This document shows, piece by piece, positions 46,490 through 53,141 of a DNA stretch of 53,141 nt; position 1 is the first letter of the stretch, and the number at the start of each line of letters is the position of its first letter. Source of the DNA: a virus (taxonomy: Duplodnaviria > Caudoviricetes); the IMG/VR virus record IMGVR_UViG_3300028590_000320, positions 1-53,141 of that record, one strand, 5' to 3'. A program made the translations under genes and the position numbers. The notes under the pieces are model-generated. The model ran no database searches. It had not been told where the DNA came from and saw only the letters and a list, made by a program, of their open reading frames with translations.

Positions 46490-47040
46490 TGAAGGGCGTG
46501 CGCATCGCGGTTGCCGCGCTCACTCTCTCGGCCGCGGGCTTCGCTGCCTGGGTGCAGCACGAGGGCTCCGGGCCTGTCGTCGTCCGGGCGGATGGTGTTG
46601 AGGTGCTGAAGCCCTACGTTCCAACGCAGGGCGACGTACCCACCATCGGGCATGGGTCGACCCGCTACGAGGATGGTACGCGCGTGAGGCTCTCAGACGC
46701 GCCCATTACCCGCCGACGTGCCGAAGAGCTTGCGCGCAACCTGAACCGCGCGGAAGAGCGGCGCTTCGCAGCCACGCTGCCCGGGGTGGATCTGACGCAG
46801 GAGGAATTCGACCTCTACATGGATTTCGTCGGGCAGTACGGCATGCCGAACTGGGCTGGCTCGACCATGCGCCGCGAGCTTCTGGCCGGCCGGCCGCGTG
46901 CCGCGTGCGATGCGCTCTTGCGCTACCGCTTCCAGGCCGGTCGCGACTGTGCGCTGTCGCAGAACTGGGGGCCGAAGGGCTGCAAGGGCGTATGGCGGCG
47001 TCAGCAGGCCCGGCACAGTACCTGCGTGGCCGCTCAATAG
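46489..47040 (+). CDS. SAR endolysin (GH24 lysozyme)
   Basis: Hydrophobic N-terminus then EG...PY.PTQGDVPTIGHGST. Confidence 0.9.
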   Translation: MKGVRIAVAALTLSAAGFAAWVQHEGSGPVVVRADGVEVLKPYVPTQGDVPTIGHGSTRYEDGTRVRLSDAPITRRRAEELARNLNRAEERRFAATLPGVDLTQEEFDLYMDFVGQYGMPNWAGSTMRRELLAGRPRAACDALLRYRFQAGRDCALSQNWGPKGCKGVWRRQQARHSTCVAAQ

Positions 47041-47048
47041 GAGGGTGC

Positions 47049-47588
47049 ATGCTGCCCGACCTCAAGACCCCGCTGCTCTGGGTGCTCGGCCTGGGGCTCG
47101 TGGCGGCGCTCGCCACGGCCGGCATCGAGCGCACGCGCGCGGCGGGCGCCCGCGCCGACCTGGCCGCGGAGAAGCGCAGTCGAGCCGAAGAGAACACCGC
47201 CCGCGTGCTGGCTGCGCTGGCCGACCTGCAGCGCACTGTCACGCTGATGGCGACACACGCCAAGTCCCAGAAGGAGAACGTCGATGCATACGAAACGCGC
47301 CTTGCGGCGCTTGCCGGCCGTGGCCACGCTGTTGCTGCTGAACTTGGCCGGGTGCGCGAGCAATACCGCACCTTCGCCGCCCGTGATCGCGAGCAGGCCG
47401 TCAGCGACCCCGCTGCCTGCCAGCGTGTTGCAGATCGATCCGCAGTCCTCGCAGCCATGGCTGCACGAAGTCGAGAGCTTCTTGAGCGAGGCCGACTCAT
47501 TGTTGAGGGGCGAGACAACGAAGTGCAGCTTCTGCTCGGCACCGTGAAGAACGACCGGGTGCTGCTGGCGCCTACAAGCCTTTATTAA
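47049..47588 (+). CDS. Rz: Inner-membrane spanin
   Basis: N-terminal TM plus coiled coil after endolysin. Confidence 0.75.
   Translation: MLPDLKTPLLWVLGLGLVAALATAGIERTRAAGARADLAAEKRSRAEENTARVLAALADLQRTVTLMATHAKSQKENVDAYETRLAALAGRGHAVAAELGRVREQYRTFAARDREQAVSDPAACQRVADRSAVLAAMAARSRELLERGRLIVEGRDNEVQLLLGTVKNDRVLLAPTSLY
47284..47547 (+). CDS. Rz1: Outer-membrane spanin embedded in Rz
   Basis: LLLLNLAG-C lipobox, Pro-rich, +1 frame within Rz, AAGGAG SD. Confidence 0.75.
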   Translation: MHTKRALRRLPAVATLLLLNLAGCASNTAPSPPVIASRPSATPLPASVLQIDPQSSQPWLHEVESFLSEADSLLRGETTKCSFCSAP

Positions 47589-48630
47589 GGATAGACCCCA
47601 GTTCGTTTAAAAACGAAGTAGTGTCTAGGAAGTAATTAGGGTAGGCGCGCTTTAAGTTTTGGATCGAGTCAACAGAAACCAGAACTGCTTCTGCACCCGG
47701 GCTATCGGCAATTCTCTCTTCTTGGATTAAGTAGGCATGCGATGCCTCTTCCAGCTTGCTTCTCGGGAATCCCTTGAAAATCATGGTTCCTTTCCCCGGT
47801 TCTAGAACCAGAAGAAAGTAATGGTGATTTTGTTGGTCGCCCTCCTGAGTAACTTCAATAGCATGTTGATACATTGAGAGTGCGTTTTGCACATTCAATA
47901 CCTTCTCAATGTCTCGTATTTCTTTTGCCAATCGACCCGCATCTTGAGGTGTGTCTGGAACTAGCGAAGCGCATTTCTCTTTAATAGCGAATGCGCTACC
48001 CATCAGAGAGAAAAAGCGCAGCCACTGCTCCTCCCCCAGGCTTGATTTCAGGGCTTGGCTTAGGAATGTTCCAACTGTTTCGACTGCAGTTGCCCAAGTA
48101 TGTTGGAGCTTCGTGCGGAGCTGCATCTCCACAAACAAGCCGTTATAGATCGATGGCCCCTCTCGGTCACTGAAGTATCTATACACAAGGTGGATGCCTC
48201 GATACCCTGATGATTTAGGGTTCGCAATGTAATCATCAATATCGTCCAGCTTGTGCTTTAAATCTGATTCCTCATAGGTCTCCGCGAGCATCTCTACATT
48301 TTTCACGGTATTTAGGATTACTCGGCAGCCGCCTATGTCCTGCATCTGGGACATGCGCATCGCAGGAAAGCGAGCCAGTTTTGCTTCGATAGAGGTCATG
48401 CGCTTGATGCGCTGTGCCACCAGCCGATGTGGATCGATCGCCAGCGCCTTTTTTCTAAGTGTGACCTGAAAGGTGTTGAGCGGAAAATTGTGGGAGGCCC
48501 GCCAGTTATTAACCGTGTTCATGGCCTGCCAGTATTCCGGCGTTGTTGCGTCTCCAACTAGCAACTGCCTCGCGGCGCGGTCAACTGCACCCTTTGAATA
48601 CTGAGGCTTCACCCACTCAAGACTGCTCAT
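47572..48630 (-). CDS. capRel: Fused CapRel toxin-antitoxin (toxSAS) anti-phage protein
   Basis: RIKR..SI..K, MQDIGGCR, DDYI.NPK.SGYRGIH, EMQLRT.LQH.WATAVE synthetase; C-terminal VLVSV.SI.NLKRAYPNYF.D; low GC. Confidence 0.88.
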   Translation of the reverse strand: MSSLEWVKPQYSKGAVDRAARQLLVGDATTPEYWQAMNTVNNWRASHNFPLNTFQVTLRKKALAIDPHRLVAQRIKRMTSIEAKLARFPAMRMSQMQDIGGCRVILNTVKNVEMLAETYEESDLKHKLDDIDDYIANPKSSGYRGIHLVYRYFSDREGPSIYNGLFVEMQLRTKLQHTWATAVETVGTFLSQALKSSLGEEQWLRFFSLMGSAFAIKEKCASLVPDTPQDAGRLAKEIRDIEKVLNVQNALSMYQHAIEVTQEGDQQNHHYFLLVLEPGKGTMIFKGFPRSKLEEASHAYLIQEERIADSPGAEAVLVSVDSIQNLKRAYPNYFLDTTSFLNELGSILNKGL

Positions 48631-48826
48631 AAATGTCCGGAGATTCTGGTTAAAAAAATACCGCCGCGGCCGAAGAGGCCGGGCGGTTGATATTGATTCG
48701 CCGGGTTTTCACCGGCGTCCGATGGCGGACCATCTGATAGCAGTATATAGGTCCTGCAACACTGCGTGCTGGGGGTTTCCCGATAAATCGGCGCCTAGTT
48801 GAATGGCGGGCGTGACATCAGTCGGA

Positions 48827-49138
48827 TCAAGCTGATGGAATGTCTGAAACTTCGTTCCCAAACCGCGCCGCCACGATAGCCCTGCCCACCGCGATGCGCG
48901 GATTCGGTCCTTCCTGCCACGGCCCGCGGCCTTCCGGCAGCCGCCCACCGGGCCGGCCCACGACGATGGAGCACCACTGGTAGCCCTTGCCTGGCATGGG
49001 TGCAACATGGATCGCCTCGCGCTCGAGCAGCTGGTCGAAGCCTGGCCAGGAGGTGGTGTACGCCGTGCCGGCTTCTTCGCCCAGCGCCTTCGCGATCCAG
49101 GCGTGCAGGGCGGCGCCGGCCAGCTCCGAGGTCTTCAT
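48827..49138 (-). CDS. DUF2591/NinX-like protein
   Basis: KTSELAGAAL.AWIAKA...GPNPRIAVGRAIVAARFG.EV. Confidence 0.75.
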   Translation of the reverse strand: MKTSELAGAALHAWIAKALGEEAGTAYTTSWPGFDQLLEREAIHVAPMPGKGYQWCSIVVGRPGGRLPEGRGPWQEGPNPRIAVGRAIVAARFGNEVSDIPSA

Positions 49139-49392
49139 TCCTCGGTTGAGACGAGCGACACCTCGGTGCCGTCGGCGGCGATCATGACGCCCGGCGTGCT
49201 GTCGGAAACTTCTATGCGCACGCCCATGTGCTCGAATCCATCGATGTTGGGGCCGCCGATGCCCTTCTTTCGCGTCTCCACGTAAACCGTGTGCTGCTCA
49301 GGCGTGAGGATGAATTTCTGGGGGTAGGCGTTGCCGTTCGCGCGCCAGTGCGCGATCAGCTTTTCGGTCATTGGGAGATAGAGGCTTTGCAT
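49135..49392 (-). CDS. Hypothetical protein
   Basis: Coupled to downstream gene. Confidence 0.65.
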   Translation of the reverse strand: MQSLYLPMTEKLIAHWRANGNAYPQKFILTPEQHTVYVETRKKGIGGPNIDGFEHMGVRIEVSDSTPGVMIAADGTEVSLVSTEE

Positions 49393-49397
49393 GGTGA

Positions 49398-49613
49398 TCA
49401 GCCGCGCAGGATCTCGACAGGGCCGACGCCGCTGTAGACCGTCTCTCCGGTTTTCAGGTTGGTCACGACCCAGTGCTCGCCGGCCGCGCCGGGGGTGACT
49501 GTGTAGTCGCCGAGGGAGAGGGGAAGAGGGTGGTCGTCGCGCGCGGCGCCGTCGTACCAGACGGGCGTGCGCAGGATCGTGGTGGCTTCGGAGAAAAAGT
49601 CAGTCTGGCTCAT
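49398..49613 (-). CDS. Hypothetical protein
   Basis: MSQTDFFSE..., 71 aa. Confidence 0.6.
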   Translation of the reverse strand: MSQTDFFSEATTILRTPVWYDGAARDDHPLPLSLGDYTVTPGAAGEHWVVTNLKTGETVYSGVGPVEILRG

Positions 49614-49677
49614 GATCGAATTGTCGCTGTCGGCCCGCGGCGGCCCGGCGATACCACCCTGAGGTGGTATTTCGCGT

Positions 49678-49992
49678 TTACTGCCTGTGGGTGGTATCTG
49701 GCGCCGGGTCCGATTCGTCGTCAAGCTGCCTGCTCTTCGCCCCGATGCCTGACACCAGCCGGGCCGCATAGGCCTCTTCCTCGGGAGTCCTGCTTGCACG
49801 TCGTTGGTATGGCGAGTCCGCGGTGATCTGGCTCTCTCCGCTAAATCTCACCTCACGAGTGGACATGATGGGCTGGGCGCCAGGGTAGCGCTCAGCGGCA
49901 TCCTCGATCGTCATCTTCCATGTCGACGGCCCGCCCTTCTTCCGCCAGATGTCCGGCGGAAGCATGAAGGCGAAGTACTCGACTTCTTTCAT
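49678..49992 (-). CDS. Hypothetical protein
   Basis: WKMT.EDA.ERYPGA.P...TREVR motif. Confidence 0.65.
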   Translation of the reverse strand: MKEVEYFAFMLPPDIWRKKGGPSTWKMTIEDAAERYPGAQPIMSTREVRFSGESQITADSPYQRRASRTPEEEAYAARLVSGIGAKSRQLDDESDPAPDTTHRQ

Positions 49993-49994
49993 GG

Positions 49995-50408
49995 TCAGAA
50001 CGGCAGAGGTCCATAGATTGCGCGGAGGTGGTGGCCGGCCGTGGCGCGAGCGGGATCTCCGTAGCCGTCGCCGACCTTGGCGCACAGCCCCACGATGTCG
50101 TAGGCGTAGTCGAGCATTCGCTGGTCGAGCTTGTCGCCTGGCTTGATCAGGCCCTTCTCGGCGGCCAGGGCCGTGAAGATGCTGACCGGGTCGCGCACCC
50201 AGTTGAGGTGGCGCTCGCCAGCTTCCTTGTGGTGGCGGCGGGCGTACTTCGCGGGATCGGTCTTGCCATGCAGGGGAAATGCTGCCTGGCCATCCTCGAA
50301 CAGCTGTTCGTGGTCGGCCTTTCCGTCGGAAATGGCGAACCACTCTTTGATGAAGGCGGCGATCCACTGCTCCTCGGTGAGGGGAATGAGGGAGGGGAGT
50401 TTGGGCAT
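49995..50408 (-). CDS. LexA-box-preceded hypothetical protein
   Basis: GGAG SD directly after SOS box. Confidence 0.7.
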   Translation of the reverse strand: MPKLPSLIPLTEEQWIAAFIKEWFAISDGKADHEQLFEDGQAAFPLHGKTDPAKYARRHHKEAGERHLNWVRDPVSIFTALAAEKGLIKPGDKLDQRMLDYAYDIVGLCAKVGDGYGDPARATAGHHLRAIYGPLPF

Positions 50409-50422
50409 TTCGATCTCCAAAA

Positions 50423-50442
50423 TACTGTATGGATAAACAGTA
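50423..50442. promoter_or_regulatory. LexA (SOS) box
   Basis: TACTGTATGGATAAACAGTA = CTGT-N8-ACAG with TA flanks. Confidence 0.9.
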
Positions 50443-50494
50443 TCTTCCTGCCCATGGCGCGCCGTCAACAGGCATCCGAGCGCAGAATGAGGCC

Positions 50495-51202
50495 ATGTGT
50501 ACACGTTACATTTCACCCGAAGTGCGTGAGATCGAGGCCTTCTGGAAGATCGACCGCACGTCCAACCAGCGCAAGGACTGGGAGGCGCTGCTCACGGTAT
50601 TCCCGCTCTCACCGGCCATGTTCATCCGCCGCGCCGACGCGGTCGACTACGCGCGCGAGCTGGTGACCGGGCAGTGGGGAATGATTCCGCCCTGGTCGAC
50701 TTCGAACATTCCGGCGACGAAGCCGAAGAAGGGCGAGGAGAAGGGCAAGCGCCTGAGCACGGTCAACGCGCGCACCGAGGGCATGGAGAGGTCTCCGACC
50801 TACAAGAACGCCTGGGCCCGCGGCAAGCGCTGCATCATCCCGGCCGCCAGCTACGACGAACCGAATTGGGAGACGGGCAAGAACGTCTGGTGGCGCTTTC
50901 GCCGCGCCGACGGGGCGCCTTGGGGCTTGGCCGGCCTGTGGGACGCCTGGACCGACCTGAAGACGGGCGAGGTCTGGGAGAGCTACACCATGCTGACGAT
51001 GAACGCCGACGGGCACCCGCTGATGGGCCGAATGCACAAGCCTGATCCGAAGCTGCCGCCCGACCAGCAGGACAAGCGCACTGTGATCCCGCTCGAGGTG
51101 CACGACTTCGACCGCTGGCTGACCTGCACGGTCGAAGAGGCGAGGGAGATGCTGAAGGTGCCGCCGGTCGAGTTGTTCGACGCGGATCCGGTCGAGTCCT
51201 GA
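50495..51202 (+). CDS. SOS response-associated peptidase (SRAP/YedK family)
   Basis: MC.RY N-terminal Cys2, WGMIP.W, NARTE, RCIIPA..YDE, AGLW, MH. Confidence 0.92.
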   Translation: MCTRYISPEVREIEAFWKIDRTSNQRKDWEALLTVFPLSPAMFIRRADAVDYARELVTGQWGMIPPWSTSNIPATKPKKGEEKGKRLSTVNARTEGMERSPTYKNAWARGKRCIIPAASYDEPNWETGKNVWWRFRRADGAPWGLAGLWDAWTDLKTGEVWESYTMLTMNADGHPLMGRMHKPDPKLPPDQQDKRTVIPLEVHDFDRWLTCTVEEAREMLKVPPVELFDADPVES

Positions 51203-51203
51203 G

Positions 51204-51530
51204 CTACCAGCGCTGCCGCCACGGGCCTGGACAGCGGGACCTCCACGGGCCGGACGACTTCAGGTGCAGCGCCTGGGCGCGGGCCGCGTGCTGCAGCTCC
51301 ACGAACTCCGCCGGCTCGAACATCAGGACGACGTAGGCGATCTGCGCCATCTGCCTCGGTTCGACGTTGAGCGCGAGCGGATAGATCGCTTGGCAGATCT
51401 CGTTGAGCCAGTGGCCGTCGACCTCGCCCGAGCACTGATCGTGCAGCTCTTCCTTGAATTCGTACCACCAAGCCTCCCGGTCAGTCAGGGCGCGGCCTCC
51501 GATCACGATGGGGCTGGCGGGCTTCCACAT
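51204..51530 (-). CDS. Hypothetical protein, probable paralog of 49995-50408
   Basis: Shared LT...W...F..E....G..D...L.E..QA..PL....P pattern. Confidence 0.6.
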   Translation of the reverse strand: MWKPASPIVIGGRALTDREAWWYEFKEELHDQCSGEVDGHWLNEICQAIYPLALNVEPRQMAQIAYVVLMFEPAEFVELQHAARAQALHLKSSGPWRSRCPGPWRQRW

Positions 51531-51570
51531 GGGCGGATGCTACTTCGGGCCCGCCGTCGCTGCCAGTGCC

Positions 51571-52884
51571 TCAGGTCGACCGGCTGGCCGCCCGAGACTT
51601 CGCTTCACGCGCCAGTTTCTCGAGGTGCTTCGAAAGCACTGTGAGCCATCGTCGGCGCTCGACGTCGTAGGTGTGCGAGTTGTACGTGACTTCGATCACC
51701 GGTGGCATGTGGCCCAGCAGGGCCTCGCCGATTTCCTTCGGACAACCCAGGGCCGCCAGCATGGTCCGGCTCGTGCGGCGCAGGTTGTGCGGCGTCCAGT
51801 GGGTCACCGGGAGAACGAGCCCTTCGCTCGCGCGCCGTCGGACCTTCTCCGAGTACGGCTGCAGCCCGTAGATGTAGGTCGAGAAGTCGTGCTGCGTGTA
51901 CTGCTCGCCACGAGCATCCTCGAACAGCCAGCCGGACTTGCCGACGTTCTCCAGCCGGCGCTGCACGATCTTCAGCGCGCGGCCGACCAGCGGCACCCGC
52001 AAGTCGACCGCATCGGCGAATCGCTCGTTCTTCGTCATCTCCCTCGGCACCGTCCACCACCAGCCGTCTTGTTCGTCGGTGATGTACTCGGGCCGCATGG
52101 ACAGGATCTCGGAGCCGCGAGTACAAGTCCAGAGGTAGACCTGCAACGTGTCCTGGCCAAGCTCGTGCATGTTCGGGAGCCAGGCCAAGAGGTCACCGAC
52201 TTGCTCGCCCTGGAGCAGGGGGCGCTGCTGGCCCTGATGCTCGCCGCCGATGATCTTTCCCTTGCTTTTCAGCTTGCCCTTTTGAACCATGAGCCACCAG
52301 TTCGGTGTGTCTTGGTCGAGGCGGCCCGCGTCGAGAGCTCGAGCCCATGCGGCCCCAAGCATGGAGCGTAGCTTTTGGGCGGCGGTCGGCGTAGCTTTTC
52401 GGGTTTCGAGGATGTCGAAACAGGTTGAACGGCTCACAGAAGCGGCTGCCGAATCGGCGAAATCTGGCTCTTCGTCCATCAGCCGCTCCAGCGCGCGGCG
52501 CGCGGCTGTGGCGCCAGCTTCGTCTCGTTCCTGCAGGATGTGGCCGGTGATGTAGTCGGCGACCACCTTGCGCACCGTAAGCACTTCGGTCGTCGGGGCC
52601 GGCGAAGCCACTGCTTTGCGCTTTCGGCGCTGGTGCTCTTTCGGGTCTATTCCTTCGGCACGCAGCTTGCGCAGTGCATCCCAGGCCGCGGCCGCCTCGG
52701 GCGCCTTCATGGATGGATAAGCGCCGATGGACGTCTGCTTCATGAGTCCGCTGGCCGGCGACTTGTAGCGATAGGTCCACGTCTGCTTCGATGCCGACGC
52801 CACGAGGCGCAGCCCCTCGCAGCCATCAACCACAAGGTGTTCGCCAGGCTTGAGCAGCTTGGCGGCGCGGACGTCGAAGAACAT
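51571..52884 (-). CDS. int: Tyrosine integrase with N-terminal arm-binding domain
   Basis: GLRL......TWTYRYK..IG.YP arm domain; R (TRGSE), K, HNLRR, LGH, Y catalytic residues. Confidence 0.95.
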   Translation of the reverse strand: MFFDVRAAKLLKPGEHLVVDGCEGLRLVASASKQTWTYRYKSPASGLMKQTSIGAYPSMKAPEAAAAWDALRKLRAEGIDPKEHQRRKRKAVASPAPTTEVLTVRKVVADYITGHILQERDEAGATAARRALERLMDEEPDFADSAAASVSRSTCFDILETRKATPTAAQKLRSMLGAAWARALDAGRLDQDTPNWWLMVQKGKLKSKGKIIGGEHQGQQRPLLQGEQVGDLLAWLPNMHELGQDTLQVYLWTCTRGSEILSMRPEYITDEQDGWWWTVPREMTKNERFADAVDLRVPLVGRALKIVQRRLENVGKSGWLFEDARGEQYTQHDFSTYIYGLQPYSEKVRRRASEGLVLPVTHWTPHNLRRTSRTMLAALGCPKEIGEALLGHMPPVIEVTYNSHTYDVERRRWLTVLSKHLEKLAREAKSRAASRST

Positions 52885-52910
52885 GGACCTATACTCCCGG
52901 GTGTCGTCGT

Positions 52911-52978
52911 GGCGTAGGAATGCCCACGGCATGTGGGCCCGGCGTAGATTCCTCAAAAACCTACGCCAAAACCTACGC
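52911..52978. repeat. Integrase arm-type sites (right)
   Basis: AAAACCTACGCCAAAACCTACGC at 52956-52978, inverted GGCGTAG copies at 52911 and 52941. Confidence 0.8.
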
Positions 52979-53058
52979 TAAGGAGCAAAGTGTATAGGGG
53001 TGAGGCTGGGCTGATTTGGGAAGTCCAGACGATGCCGAAAGGCTAGTTTCCCTCTGTA

Positions 53059-53102
53059 GATCAAGCACTTAGGACAAAAACTCGTTAGAAATCAACGAGT
53101 TG
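53059..53102 (+). promoter_or_regulatory. IHF-like binding sites in att arm
   Basis: AATCAACGAGTTG (53090-53102) fits WATCAANNNNTTR; GATCAAGCACTTA (53059-53071) one mismatch. Confidence 0.7.
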
Positions 53103-53108
53103 CGATAA

Positions 53109-53141
53109 GCGGGTGTAGTTCAATGGTAGAACCTCGCCCTC
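53109..53141 (+). tRNA. attR core: 5' half of the presumably intact tRNA (Gly-like), continuing beyond window
   Basis: GCGGGTG-TA-GTTC-AATGGTA-GAAC resembles bacterial tRNA-Gly; only first anticodon base C visible. Confidence 0.7.

Larger units (their letters stand above)
1482..53141. mobile_element. Complete lambdoid siphovirus prophage integrated in a tRNA gene
   Basis: 33-bp terminal direct repeats, integrase and xis at opposite ends, full immunity/replication/head/tail/lysis modules. Confidence 0.97.

Noticed and set aside
47572-48630. Housekeeping RelA/SpoT
   Set aside because: No hydrolase, TGS or ACT domains; size and C-terminus fit fused CapRel
1-53141. CRISPR array, diversity-generating retroelement, invertible tail-fibre cassette, IS elements
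   Set aside because: No spaced repeat array, reverse transcriptase, invertase or transposase recognised by eye

Overview
About 1.5 kb of GC-rich host DNA (alpha/beta hydrolase and two small ORFs; a Burkholderiales/Comamonadaceae-like host is my inference) is followed by an apparently complete ~51.6 kb lambdoid siphovirus prophage (1482-53141). It is bounded by a 33-bp direct repeat that is the 5' half of a tRNA gene (Gly-like). Gene order: xis and leftward early operon (ERF recombinase, exonuclease), oL, four-gene accessory slot, cI/oR/cro, cII, replication, nin, Q, late-promoter region, terminase, portal, head, long non-contractile tail, SAR endolysin lysis cassette, LexA-box/SRAP cluster, integrase. 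The most striking cargo sits between oL and cI, where lambda has rexAB: a complete type IVa major pilin with its own sigma54 promoter and activator-like dyads, next to a nucleoside deoxyribosyltransferase, a lipoprotein and an HTH-DUF2591 fusion. The prophage also carries Pycsar and a fused CapRel, both convergent with and overlapping lytic genes, a cluster of tRNA-like structures after the late terminator, and a major capsid protein with a signal-peptide-like leader. All family calls come from motif recognition by eye; no searches were run.
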